DNA of 64,000 nucleotides, taken from assembly GCA_051874695.1 (NCBI GenBank), contig JBJEGC010000022.1:5895-69894 (forward strand), read 5' to 3'. Shown here piece after piece: positions 9,070-18,716 of this stretch (positions are counted from its first letter, which is position 1; every line of letters starts with the position of its first letter). The notes under the pieces were generated by a model. It was not told the DNA's origin. It did no database searches and was given only the letters and a program-made list of their open reading frames with translations. Made by a program: the position numbers and the translations under genes. The DNA comes from Candidatus Bruticola sp. GTDB taxonomy: Bacteria; Vulcanimicrobiota; Xenobia; Xenobiales; Xenobiaceae.

Positions 9070-10341
9070 CTAGAGTACTTTGATCTTGTTATCCAGTTTT
9101 ACTCTGTCCGGGGGAATTTCGGCCATACCAATACGGTACTTACCGTCGATCAAGCCTGCCTCATTAACAGTATGTCCCTGCTCTCTAAGTTGGCGTACGT
9201 ACTGCTCCGCCACCTTTTCTCTGGGAATGGCTCTGTCTGACTCGATGGCAATGTTAGTGCCTTCGACTGGCTTATTGTTCTCGTCAACAAAGAAGAAGCC
9301 CCAATGTACGAGACGGCCTAAAAGGCGCAGGCCTTCACGGTGATGAGCGATAGAAGCGTTGAAGCGAGCCTGTCCTTCTTCTTTGTGACCCAAAGAATTT
9401 TCGACACCGGCTAAATGACGCAGTAGCGAGGATATCTGAAGGTGGAGCTCTCCGCTTTGAGGTAATGCTTTGATACCTTCTTCAAATACAGCCAGCGCTT
9501 TGTCGAACTCATTACGGCGCACATAGTAATGGGCTTTGTGGAACCACAGTTCAGGACTTTCAGGATCGAGTTCAATAGCTTTTTCAAAAGAGGCTATGGC
9601 TTCAGCTTGACGTTGTGGAATTAACGCTAAAGAGATACCGTTGATAACGTAGAGCTTAGCCTGATCTGGATATTTGGCTACGACCGGCTCTAAAATTTTA
9701 ACGGCAGATTCCGGCTCTCCCATGCGGCAGTAAGTCATGGCCATATTGCCGAAGGGAATGTAGTCGTCAGGATCAAGTTCGACAGCTTTATCGAAGAATT
9801 CTTTAGCAGTTTCTAGCTCTTTCCGATTGGCTTTGTCGTCATCTGAATGAATATTGTTCATATGGGCTTCGCCAATATGGTTAAGTACTCTGGCTTTGTC
9901 TTTGTCGCTGAGTTCAGTCTTTAAGGCTTCAGTCAAGCATTCGATAGCTTCAGTCCAGTGCCCCAGCTTGAGCAAACAATTACCCAAATGAATTTTAATT
10001 TTAGGGTAATTAGGGTCAAGCTTGTTGACTTTGTCAAAGCATCCAGCAGCCTGGCTAATGTTGTCGTGCTCGCTTAAAAAAGCGCCCAGCTCAAAGAAGC
10101 AGTCGGTATTTTCCGGCATGTCTTTGCAAGCTTGAGTGAGAACTTTGAAAGCTTCGCTGGGTTTGTCCATGTCTTGAAGCAAGCTGGATTTGGCGCAATA
10201 AGCTTTGCCGTTCTGGGGAGCGAGCTTTATAGCCTTCTCGACAGCTTTGAGAGCTTCTTCAAGGTTGTCGTCGTCTTCTAACTGTTCGGCCAACTCCAGG
10301 AGCTCATCGGCACTGGAGATGGAATCTATATCTCTAGTCAT
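9070..10341 (-). CDS. TPR-repeat protein
   Basis: Multiple 34-aa TPR-like units are present (e.g. ...AYCAKSSLLQDMDKPSEAFKVL..., KLYVINGISLAL..., WFHKAHYYVRRNEFDKALAVFEEGIKALP). It has an acidic N-terminus. Confidence 0.7.
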   Translation of the reverse strand: MTRDIDSISSADELLELAEQLEDDDNLEEALKAVEKAIKLAPQNGKAYCAKSSLLQDMDKPSEAFKVLTQACKDMPENTDCFFELGAFLSEHDNISQAAGCFDKVNKLDPNYPKIKIHLGNCLLKLGHWTEAIECLTEALKTELSDKDKARVLNHIGEAHMNNIHSDDDKANRKELETAKEFFDKAVELDPDDYIPFGNMAMTYCRMGEPESAVKILEPVVAKYPDQAKLYVINGISLALIPQRQAEAIASFEKAIELDPESPELWFHKAHYYVRRNEFDKALAVFEEGIKALPQSGELHLQISSLLRHLAGVENSLGHKEEGQARFNASIAHHREGLRLLGRLVHWGFFFVDENNKPVEGTNIAIESDRAIPREKVAEQYVRQLREQGHTVNEAGLIDGKYRIGMAEIPPDRVKLDNKIKVL

Positions 10342-10489
10342 AATTTGCGCTTATTCAATTGATAATATCCTTTTCCTTTCACGTGCTTTTCCGGCTGAAT
10401 TATATTTTTGTTGTAGTCTTGACAAAACAACGCTAACTGTGCATAATACTGACCGTAGTCAGCTGGTATCGGCTGGCGGTCGCTTGTAT

Positions 10490-10575
10490 GCGGGAGTGGC
10501 GGAACGGTAGACGCACGGGACTTAAAATCCCGAGTCCGCGAGGGCGTGAGGGTTCAAATCCCTCCTCCCGTACCA
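10490..10575 (+). tRNA. tRNA-Leu (anticodon UAA)
   Basis: 86-nt cloverleaf. The acceptor stem is GCGGGAG/CUCCCGU and the anticodon loop is CUUAAAA. It has a long variable arm, the T-loop GGTTCAAATCC, and an encoded CCA. Confidence 0.85.
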
Positions 10576-10746
10576 CAAACGGTAACTGAGTTAACAGTGA
10601 AGTTCGTCTTCGCTGTTTTTTTTTGCTTTTTTTAGGTCGGGCGGTTGCTGCCAAATATGGGAGGAAAGTAAGAAAAAAATCCCTTTGTTCTGTTTTTAGG
10701 TAGACAGACCAGAATATAGCGAAAATGCGTCTTTGAGGAGAAAAAA

Positions 10747-11583
10747 TTGTCCGAAGTCGAACTTATCGAGAAAGACATGTTAAATTGTGGGGCTGAGCTG
10801 CGCCGCTGTACACTTCCCTTAGCTACTGCCGGAGCAGGGGTGGCCGCGCTTTGTCTGTCTTATTCCGGACATGATTCGTCTGTGGAAATGTATGGCGTCA
10901 ATTCGGACCGTATTTTTCGGGCGGCCAGCCTAATTAAAGTGCCCATTATTGCAGCGCTTTTTTATGAAGCTGAACAGGATAGAATCTGTCTGGATGATAC
11001 TGTAGTATTAACGGCAGCTGATCTGGTCGATGGGGGAGTTCTCTGCGAAGTCGGAGAGGGGCGTCCCTTTAGTTGGAGGGAGCTCAGTCGTTTGGCTATC
11101 GAATTTAGTGATAATAGCGCCTCCAATGCTGTTATTAGGAAACTTGGTTTCTCTTTCATTAACGGCTTTATAAAAGATAAGCTGCGGGTTAAGAATACTG
11201 TGTTACGCCGCTTTTTTATGTATTCTTCCGAAGAAATGGGAGAAAATTATACTTCTGCCCGAGACTGTGTGTTTATTCTGTCCGAACTTTGGCAAGGTAG
11301 ATTGCTGAGTGCGCCTTTGTATAAAGAATTTTGGAATATTATGAGGCGCCAACAGTTTATAGAGAAAATTCCCGCTCGCTTGGCGGGAAGAGCCAAAACG
11401 TACAACAAAACCGGTGAGTTGGATGACGGTGCCCGCCATGACATGGCTATAGTAGAAGCGGATGGGGTGGTGTGGGCCTTAGCTGCTTTAACCGATCAGC
11501 AAGAAAAGCCTGGATGGCTAATCGATTGGGAAATTGGAGCTTGGGCAGAAAGTGTTTGCTGCAAATCCTGTCTGCTGTCCTGA
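10747..11583 (+). CDS. class A beta-lactamase-related serine hydrolase
   Basis: SxxK (SLIK), SDN (SDNSA) and KTG motifs are in the correct order and spacing. An N-terminal hydrophobic stretch is present. The TTG start is preceded by GAGGAG. Confidence 0.6.
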   Translation: MSEVELIEKDMLNCGAELRRCTLPLATAGAGVAALCLSYSGHDSSVEMYGVNSDRIFRAASLIKVPIIAALFYEAEQDRICLDDTVVLTAADLVDGGVLCEVGEGRPFSWRELSRLAIEFSDNSASNAVIRKLGFSFINGFIKDKLRVKNTVLRRFFMYSSEEMGENYTSARDCVFILSELWQGRLLSAPLYKEFWNIMRRQQFIEKIPARLAGRAKTYNKTGELDDGARHDMAIVEADGVVWALAALTDQQEKPGWLIDWEIGAWAESVCCKSCLLS

Positions 11584-11658
11584 CCTATTTATTTACTTTT
11601 TTCTTTTTTTTGTTTAAGCTGAACAGCTGAAAGCAAGAAAATAGACGGAGAGTTCAGT

Positions 11659-12570
11659 ATGAATGCTAAAGAATTTCACAGCGGTTTTGTTGCCCTTGTA
11701 GGCAGACCTAATGTGGGTAAATCTACCCTGCTTAACGCTATATTGGGCACTAAGGTGGCTATCACTTCCGGTATGCCTCAAACTACGCGCCACCGCGTTC
11801 TGGGAGTCAGTCATGCTCCTAATTGTCAAATCGTGTTTGTTGATACGCCCGGATTTCATCCGGCAGAAACGCGCTTAGGAGAATGGATGCTCGACTCTGC
11901 CAAAACAGAAGGAAGTGAGGCCGATGTAGCTGTTTTAGTGGTCGATGCTTCCTGCAAGCCCAGCGATGAAGATCGATTGGCTGCCGAATTCTTGGCCCAA
12001 GAAGTTAACTCTCCTAAATTATTGGTAATCAATAAAGTTGACAAAGTAACTCCTAAAGAGGCTTTGTTGCCTAGGATCGAAGCTTACCGAAAATTGGGAA
12101 ATTTCCTCGATATTTATCCTGTTTCTGCTAAAGATGGCGACAATCTGCCTGAATTGCTGGAGTGCTTACGCCGATTGATGCCTGTGGGAACTCCGTATTT
12201 CCCGGAAGAGCAGATTACCGATCAAGATGAGGAGCGTCGTGCTGAAGAAATTATCAGAGAAAAAGTGCTGCGCTGTACTTACCGTGAGGTACCTCATGCG
12301 GTGGCTGTTAAGCTGGAGGAGTGTCGCCCAGCGGTTAATAAAGACAATGTGCAGTATCTGCGGGCTGTTATCTATGTAGAGCGTGAGGGACAAAAGCATA
12401 TAATTTTAGGACGCAAGGGTGAGAAGCTGCGCGATATAGGAGCGGCAGCCAGGGCAGAATTGGAAGAAATGTTCGGTTGCAAGGTTTATCTCGATTTGTG
12501 GATTAAGGTTAAGGAAGATTGGCGCGACCGTCCCGATTGGCTGCGTGCTCTAGGATACGATTGCGAGTAG
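11659..12570 (+). CDS. era: GTPase Era
   Basis: G1 motif GRPNVGKST, DTPG, NKVD, and a C-terminal KH domain (YVEREGQKHIILGRKG...). RBS GGAGAG is present. Confidence 0.9.
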   Translation: MNAKEFHSGFVALVGRPNVGKSTLLNAILGTKVAITSGMPQTTRHRVLGVSHAPNCQIVFVDTPGFHPAETRLGEWMLDSAKTEGSEADVAVLVVDASCKPSDEDRLAAEFLAQEVNSPKLLVINKVDKVTPKEALLPRIEAYRKLGNFLDIYPVSAKDGDNLPELLECLRRLMPVGTPYFPEEQITDQDEERRAEEIIREKVLRCTYREVPHAVAVKLEECRPAVNKDNVQYLRAVIYVEREGQKHIILGRKGEKLRDIGAAARAELEEMFGCKVYLDLWIKVKEDWRDRPDWLRALGYDCE

Positions 12571-12714
12571 AAAAGTAACTAAGGGAAATTCTGTTTCGGC
12601 AGGCATGGTAGACTTTTCAGCGTAATTCTACGTGGGGGATCTTTGGCTGAGGCCACAGATAACAACGGAAATATCTTGGTTGCGCCTACAGTTGGGCGCA
12701 GGAGGCAGTTTTAA

Positions 12715-13398
12715 GTGGAAAACAAAAAAATTACTGGGCGCATGATTGGTGACATGATCGATCATACTCTTCTTAAGGCCGATGCCGTAAAAGATCAAAT
12801 TCTGAAAATTTGTGAAGAGGCTCGCCAATACAAGTTTGCCTCTGTGTGCGTCAATCCCGGATGGGTCAGCACCGCAGCTGAGGCTCTGCGTGGTTCTTCG
12901 GTAAAAGTTTGTACGGTTATAGGTTTCCCTTTAGGAGCGACTACTAGTTTTGCTAAGGCTTGTGAAACCAGAGACGCCATTGCCAACGGTGCTGACGAAG
13001 TTGATATGGTTATCAATATAGGAGCTCTTAAGGCTGGCGATGATGAGTTGGTAGAAAAAGATGTCAGAGCTGTAGTAGAGGCTGCCGGCGGACGGTTAGT
13101 CAAATGTATTTTGGAGACTGCTATGCTGACCGATGAGGAGGTAGAGAGAGCCTGTCGTTTAGCTGTAAAAGGTGGCACTGACTTTGTAAAAACTTCTACT
13201 GGTTTTGGCCCCGGAGGAGCTAAAGTTCATCATGTGGCTATTATGCGCAAAACAGTCGGACCAGATATCGGTGTAAAAGCCTCCGGAGGTATTCACGATT
13301 TTGAAAGTGCCGTTGCTTTAATAGAAGCTGGGGCCAATCGTATCGGAGCCAGTGCTTCTATTAAAATTATGCAGGGCGATCCTGAATTCAAACTGTAA
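12715..13398 (+). CDS. deoC: deoxyribose-phosphate aldolase
   Basis: IDHTLLK, VCVNP, the catalytic Lys region FVKTSTGF and a G-rich C-terminus are present. The GTG start at 12715 has AGGAGG 9 nt upstream. Confidence 0.85.
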   Translation: MENKKITGRMIGDMIDHTLLKADAVKDQILKICEEARQYKFASVCVNPGWVSTAAEALRGSSVKVCTVIGFPLGATTSFAKACETRDAIANGADEVDMVINIGALKAGDDELVEKDVRAVVEAAGGRLVKCILETAMLTDEEVERACRLAVKGGTDFVKTSTGFGPGGAKVHHVAIMRKTVGPDIGVKASGGIHDFESAVALIEAGANRIGASASIKIMQGDPEFKL

Positions 13399-13418
13399 TT
13401 GAACTGTTAGAATAAAAC

Positions 13419-13476
13419 AGCCGGACCTTAAATTTGAGTTGCTGTTGACTTGTTTTTAAGGTTCGGCCTTTTTTGT
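13419..13476 (+). terminator. possible terminator or attenuator hairpin
   Basis: CAGCCGGACCTTAAA ... TTTAAGGTTCGGC with a ~22-nt loop, then CTTTTTTG. The long loop lowers confidence. Confidence 0.3.
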
Positions 13477-14284
13477 GGCCGAGCAGATGAGTGAGTTCTT
13501 TTCTTCAAGGAGTATAGTGCTGCATCGTCGCCGTCTGAATGAAAATTCAGAATTAGTTATGTTGCTCAGTGTTGATAAGGGGCGCATCGATGCCGTATGC
13601 AGCGGACTGAGTAAGCCGCGCAGTTCTCTGCGCGGCCAGGTTGAGCCGTTTACCGAATTAGACGGACTGTTCGTTAAAGGACGCAGCTCTTTGGCCCGTT
13701 TAACTCAGGCAAAAACTGTCAAAGTCAGGCCTGTATTTTACGGTGACTATGAGTGTCTCTGCTGGGGAGCCTTTCTTCTTGAGCTGTTTTCTGCAGTTGC
13801 TCCAGGTATCCAAGACGGGGGATACAGCGCCGCTCCTTCCGAATGTGCGGGCTTTTTCCGTATCTTATCTGATGCTCTGGATAATTTAAGCTGTTGTCCG
13901 CGCAAAGGAGCGGCTGTTTCTATTTGGGTTATGGAGCGTCTGTTGGAAATTATGGGGATACTACCCAGCTTAAGAGAATGTGCCGTCTGTGGAAGACCTG
14001 GGCCTCTTGAAGCCTTTAACTCCCTGAAAGGAGGCATGCTCTGCTCGGAGTGCTTGGGAAATCGCCTGGATAATTTGCCTGTAAATCACGAAATTGTATC
14101 GCTGCTGCAAAAATTTGCTCAAAATTCTTTAGCAGACTCTTTGCTTAGTCGTTTCTTGGCTAAAGTTTATGCTCAAGCCGAGCACATTTTATGGCGTCAT
14201 CTTTCCACTTATTGTCCGCTCAATTTAAAATCGCGTCATCTTCTTCGCATAGGAGAAAAGAGTCTTGAGAGTTTTAGGTATTGA
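13475..14284 (+). CDS. recO: DNA repair protein RecO
   Basis: N-terminal OB-fold region and a C-terminal zinc motif (CAVCGRPG...CSEC). It lies in the era-recO neighbourhood. Confidence 0.8.
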   Translation: MAEQMSEFFSSRSIVLHRRRLNENSELVMLLSVDKGRIDAVCSGLSKPRSSLRGQVEPFTELDGLFVKGRSSLARLTQAKTVKVRPVFYGDYECLCWGAFLLELFSAVAPGIQDGGYSAAPSECAGFFRILSDALDNLSCCPRKGAAVSIWVMERLLEIMGILPSLRECAVCGRPGPLEAFNSLKGGMLCSECLGNRLDNLPVNHEIVSLLQKFAQNSLADSLLSRFLAKVYAQAEHILWRHLSTYCPLNLKSRHLLRIGEKSLESFRY

Positions 14285-14711
14285 TTTAGGGGAAAAAAGG
14301 GTAGGTTTGGCTATTTCTGATCCTATGGGTATGATCGCTAGTCCGTACGACGTTTGGGAAGGACGCGATCGGGACGGATTACCTGGTCGCATACGTCGCT
14401 TGGTAGAAGAGCGCTCCATCGGGCTGGTAGTAGTAGGGATTCCTAACCGTACTGACAGATTAGGTGGAGAAAAAGCTGAATACTGCACCGCTTTTGCCAA
14501 GGAGCTTCAAGAACGTTTGAACGTGCCAGTAGAGCTTATGGATGAACGTTTAACAACAGTTATGGCTCATCAAGCTATGCGGGCCGGAGGAGTAAAAGAA
14601 AAAAAGAGACGTCAGTCTGTCGACAAAGTTGCAGCTGTACTTATTCTACAGAGCTGGCTGGATAAGCAGAGTCGTCCTGTCAATTTCGATCCTCCGGAAT
14701 GGGAGTCCTAA
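14265..14711 (+). CDS. ruvX: Holliday-junction resolvase-like RNase YqgF/RuvX
   Basis: RVLGIDLGEKRVGLAISD N-terminal motif. TTG start; it overlaps the recO 3' end by 20 nt. Confidence 0.85.
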   Translation: MRVLGIDLGEKRVGLAISDPMGMIASPYDVWEGRDRDGLPGRIRRLVEERSIGLVVVGIPNRTDRLGGEKAEYCTAFAKELQERLNVPVELMDERLTTVMAHQAMRAGGVKEKKRRQSVDKVAAVLILQSWLDKQSRPVNFDPPEWES

Positions 14712-14799
14712 TTTTTGAAACAGAAGCAGCTTTTTTTGTTGTTAAAGTTTTTTGTGTACCGCTGAACTCAATGCTGCTTGCGTAGAGAGGGAGCCGCCA

Positions 14800-15792
14800 G
14801 TGAAAAAAATATTGCTGTTTTTGCTAATCTGCTGCATAGCTGCCGCTGTGGCTGCTTTTTGGGCGTACAACAGATTCAATGAGCTCAATCAGCCTGCTAA
14901 GGAAAAAGCTGAAGCCTCAGTTTATCAGGTTGAGCCGGGCACAACTTTGCGCAGTTTAGGCCGCGATTTGGAGAAAAAAAATATTATAAGATCGGCTTTA
15001 GTTTTTGAATATTGGGGACGACGTTCAGACAGTGGTGCTCATATTCAAGCTGGCCACTATTTAATCAGTGCGGCTATGTCTCCTCAAGAAATTTTGCAGT
15101 TGATTACTGAGGGCAGGACGGCCTCGCAAAAAATAACTTTTCCTGAGGGGCTCACCCTGAAAGAGTGCGCCGCTATAGTTGAACAACACAAAATAGGTAC
15201 TGCCGCTGAGTTTTTGCGTATAACTCAAACTCAGGGTAAAAAATATGGCGATATTTTTCCCGACAACATGGAGGGGTACTTTTTGCCTGATACTTATACG
15301 CTGCCTTTAGATTGCGATACTGAATTTTTGGTGAAAACAGTAGCTGAACGGTTCAAAGAGTTGGCTCTGCCCTGTCATACCGATAATTCGCCTCTGTCAT
15401 TGAGAGATACTGTTATTTTGGCTTCTTTGGTAGAGAGAGAGGCTCAGGTAGCCGCTGAACGTCCGATAATTGCCGGTGTTTATATCAACAGACTCAATGA
15501 CGGCATGAAATTGGAATGCGATGCCACTGTGCAATTTGCGCTCGGACGCCAGAAAGAATACCTGTTATATCGCGATTTAGAAATAGATTCACCTTATAAC
15601 ACCTACAAATATGCGGGATTGCCTGTGGGTCCTATTTGCAGTCCCGGTCTAGATTCTATCAAGGCTGCCTGCAGTCCCAAATCTAGCCGCTATTATTACT
15701 ATGTACGCAACGATGTGAAAGGAGACGGAAGTCATGTTTTTGGACAAGACTTCGGAGAACACCAAAACAACATTAGAAAATACCAATTGTGA
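14800..15792 (+). CDS. mltG: endolytic murein transglycosylase MltG (YceG family)
   Basis: Single N-terminal TM (VKKILLFLLICCIAAAVAAFWAY) and a YceG-like domain (YQVEPGTTLRSL..., ...AGLPVGPICSPG). The GTG at 14800 has a GAGAGGGAG RBS. The ORF track extends to 14752. Confidence 0.8.
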   Translation: MKKILLFLLICCIAAAVAAFWAYNRFNELNQPAKEKAEASVYQVEPGTTLRSLGRDLEKKNIIRSALVFEYWGRRSDSGAHIQAGHYLISAAMSPQEILQLITEGRTASQKITFPEGLTLKECAAIVEQHKIGTAAEFLRITQTQGKKYGDIFPDNMEGYFLPDTYTLPLDCDTEFLVKTVAERFKELALPCHTDNSPLSLRDTVILASLVEREAQVAAERPIIAGVYINRLNDGMKLECDATVQFALGRQKEYLLYRDLEIDSPYNTYKYAGLPVGPICSPGLDSIKAACSPKSSRYYYYVRNDVKGDGSHVFGQDFGEHQNNIRKYQL

Positions 15793-16486
15793 GCCGAGCA
15801 ACGACGTAAAAGGAGCTGCTCTTATTATCGGAATTGCCGGAGGAACAGGATCCGGAAAAACTACGGTTGCCCGCAAGTTGAAAGAGTCTTATCCTCCTCA
15901 TTTGGTTCAGGTAATAGCCCAAGATTCTTACTATAAAGATCAATCTGATATACCTTTAGAAGATCGTCTTAAAACTAATTACGATCACCCCGATGCTTAC
16001 GACAATGATCTTCTGATTCAGCATTTGGATGCTCTGCGCCGGGGAGAAGAAGTTAATCAGCCGGTTTATTCTTTTATTTCTCATACTCGCTGTAAAGAGA
16101 CAAAATTGGTCAAACCTGCCCATATTCTCATCGTTGAAGGTATATTGGCTTTGGCCGATCCCAGGCTGCGCGAGCGCATGGATGTAAAAATTTTCGTACA
16201 AACAGATGCCGATGTGCGCTTTATACGCCGTTTGAAGCGCGACACTATGGAGCGTGGCCGCAGTCTCAAGGATGTTATTGAACAGTATCAGAAGGTAGTG
16301 CGTCCTATGCATATGCTCTATACTGAGCCTACTAAGCGGTACGCTGATATTATTATTCCAGAAGGCGGTTCCAACGCGGTAGCTATAGGTATGGTGCGAG
16401 CCTGGATCGAGCAAGTGGTAACTAGAGCTAAGGCAGGACTGACACCTGTGGTAACTTATTTTGCGCAAGAATCAGAAACGTTTTAG
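15734..16486 (+). CDS. udk: uridine kinase
   Basis: P-loop IIGIAGGTGSGKTT and udk-like motifs (DHPDAYD, LIVEG, RRLKRD). The start is uncertain (possibly GTG near 15806). The ruvX-mltG-udk synteny matches Firmicutes. Confidence 0.8.
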   Translation: MFLDKTSENTKTTLENTNCEPSNDVKGAALIIGIAGGTGSGKTTVARKLKESYPPHLVQVIAQDSYYKDQSDIPLEDRLKTNYDHPDAYDNDLLIQHLDALRRGEEVNQPVYSFISHTRCKETKLVKPAHILIVEGILALADPRLRERMDVKIFVQTDADVRFIRRLKRDTMERGRSLKDVIEQYQKVVRPMHMLYTEPTKRYADIIIPEGGSNAVAIGMVRAWIEQVVTRAKAGLTPVVTYFAQESETF

Positions 16487-16548
16487 CTGTTATTCTGCCG
16501 ACAGTTCCTTCTTTCACCGTATTCCTTAATTTTCATTGGGAATTGTCT

Positions 16549-16582
16549 GCCGCCAAATACCAATTTGGCGGTATTTTTTTTC
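16549..16582 (+). terminator. rho-independent terminator
   Basis: GCCGCCAAAT-ACCA-ATTTGGCGG followed by TATTTTTTTTC. Confidence 0.6.
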
Positions 16583-16730
16583 TTTTCATTTAATAATTTG
16601 TTCCTGTAAACAGGATTAGATAAAGCTTTGCTTGAAACAGTTCAACCCAGTTGGCGTGTAGTTTTTTTCCTGTTTTCATGAAAAATAAAATCTGCGTCGA
16701 GTGAGATGCTGGCAACGGAGTGAGTTTGGG

Positions 16731-18470
16731 ATGGTTAGCAAGAGTCCAGAAGAAATTGGAGCTATGCTTGTTGAAGAAGGCTTTATTACTGTACGTCAGT
16801 TAGAAAAAGCCAAAATTCAGGCAGAAAATACCAAAGAGCCCTTACAGAAAGTTTTAGTCGCTAAAGGGTTTGTCACCGATAAAGATATCGTTGAATCTTT
16901 AGGAAAAGCTATGAATGTAGCTTTCGTCGATCTCGATGAAAAACACCTAGATTCAGAACTAGTCAAGTCTATTCCCGAACACCTGGCTAAACGATATAAC
17001 GTTATTCCTGTCGAACAGCGTGACAATAAACTCACTTTGGCCATGGTCGATCCGCTCAACGTATTGGCTATCGACGATATCCGTTTGATTACCGGATTCG
17101 ATATTAAGCCTGTTATTGCCACAGAAGACGCCATTAAAAAGGCTATCAGCACTATGTTCGGCACTACCGATATGGTAGCCGTCGATGATGCCGTTAAGGA
17201 CCTGGCCGAAACCGATTTTGGCGGTATGGAAGTTGAAGACGACATCGAAGAGAGTGAAGTCGATATTAACAAACTGAAGGAGCTGGTCGATGAAGCTCCT
17301 ATCGTGCGTGTAGTAAACTTAATTATTTCTCAGGCTATTAACGATAAAGCCTCCGACATTCACATTGAGCCTGAAGCACGCAACGTAAAAGTACGTTACC
17401 GCGTAGACGGTGTACTCCACGACGTAATGAGCCCGCCTAAGCATATCCAGGCGCCGATGGTCTCCCGTATCAAAATTATGTCCAATATGGACATCGCTGA
17501 GCGTCGTATTCCTCAAGATGGTAAGATTCACTTGCGCCACGACGGACGTGAGTTCGACCTTCGCGTATCTACCGTACCTTGTATTCACGGCGAAAAAGTG
17601 GTAATGCGCGTTTTGGACCGCGGTTCCGTTATGCTTGGTTTGAACAAGCTCGGTTTCTCCGATGTCAACCAGCGCATGTTTGAAGATGTGGTAGAAAAGC
17701 CCTACGGCATGATCTTGGTTACTGGCCCTACGGGTTCAGGAAAATCAACTACTCTGTATTCCTGTCTGAATAAGCTGAATACCGGCCTTACCAATATCTT
17801 AACTATTGAGGACCCTGTAGAGTACCAGCTCCCTGGTATTAACCAAGTTCAGGTTAATAATAAAGCCGATTTGACCTTTGCTTCCGCTCTGCGCGCCTTC
17901 CTCCGTCAAGACCCCGACATCATCATGGTCGGTGAGATCCGCGACACTGAGACGGCTAGAATCGCTGTAGAAGCTGCTCTTACGGGTCACTTGGTGCTTT
18001 CAACACTGCACACCAACGACGCCTCCGGTGCTATATCTCGTTTGGTAGAAATGGGTGTAGAACCGTTCTTGGTTGCTTCTTCCGTTATCGGTGTGCTTGG
18101 TCAGCGCTTGGCCAGAACTATTTGCCCCAACTGCAAAGAGCCTTACGAGCCCACTCCTGAGGCCGTGCGTCGCTTCGGTCTTTCCATGTATTCCGATACC
18201 ACCATTAACTTCTACAGAGGCCGCGGCTGCGATAACTGCAAGATGACCGGCTACCGCGGGCGTACTGGTATTCACGAAATTCTTACTATTAGCGATCGTG
18301 TTCGTGCTCTGATTCTGCATCGCAGTTCTACGGCAGAAATTAAGCAGGCTGCTATTGAAGAAGGTATGCGTACCATGCAGGATGATGCCTTGGCTAAAGT
18401 GCTTTCTGGCGTTACTTCAATGGAAGAGAGCCTGCGCGTCGTTTACGTAGAGAGCTCGGGCGAGTTCTAG
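16731..18470 (+). CDS. pilB: type IV pilus assembly ATPase PilB (GspE family)
   Basis: N-terminal GspE_N-like domain, Walker A GPTGSGKST, Asp/His boxes, and the tetracysteine motif CPNC...CDNC. The ATG at 16731 has GGAG 10 nt upstream. Confidence 0.9.
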   Translation: MVSKSPEEIGAMLVEEGFITVRQLEKAKIQAENTKEPLQKVLVAKGFVTDKDIVESLGKAMNVAFVDLDEKHLDSELVKSIPEHLAKRYNVIPVEQRDNKLTLAMVDPLNVLAIDDIRLITGFDIKPVIATEDAIKKAISTMFGTTDMVAVDDAVKDLAETDFGGMEVEDDIEESEVDINKLKELVDEAPIVRVVNLIISQAINDKASDIHIEPEARNVKVRYRVDGVLHDVMSPPKHIQAPMVSRIKIMSNMDIAERRIPQDGKIHLRHDGREFDLRVSTVPCIHGEKVVMRVLDRGSVMLGLNKLGFSDVNQRMFEDVVEKPYGMILVTGPTGSGKSTTLYSCLNKLNTGLTNILTIEDPVEYQLPGINQVQVNNKADLTFASALRAFLRQDPDIIMVGEIRDTETARIAVEAALTGHLVLSTLHTNDASGAISRLVEMGVEPFLVASSVIGVLGQRLARTICPNCKEPYEPTPEAVRRFGLSMYSDTTINFYRGRGCDNCKMTGYRGRTGIHEILTISDRVRALILHRSSTAEIKQAAIEEGMRTMQDDALAKVLSGVTSMEESLRVVYVESSGEF

Positions 18471-18716
18471 AAATAGAACTACCTGTTGTGGGGGGGCCGG
18501 GAAATCTGCTGTTTTTGTCGCTATCGAGTTCTTCTCGGCTCTCGCATGTATATCACTTTTTATACCGTACTGCAGGGCTCTGCCAGTTCGCTTTAGCCGG
18601 ATGGGGGAGGAGCGTCTGCCAGGCTTGTCGGTTTGCTTGAACAGACTGCGAGTCGGCCTGTAAAGCGGTTTTGTCTGTTAACATTAGACTAAAGCTCAAT
18701 ATCTGGAGGTCAAAAT

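Noticed and set aside
15956-16468. 170-aa minus-strand ORF overlapping udk
   Set aside because: Antisense to a clearly recognisable uridine kinase, so it is spurious.
18471-18716. 245-nt pilB-pilT intergenic region examined for small ORFs or terminators
   Set aside because: No RBS-supported ORF and no convincing hairpin with a T-tract were found. It is probably just a spacer within the operon.
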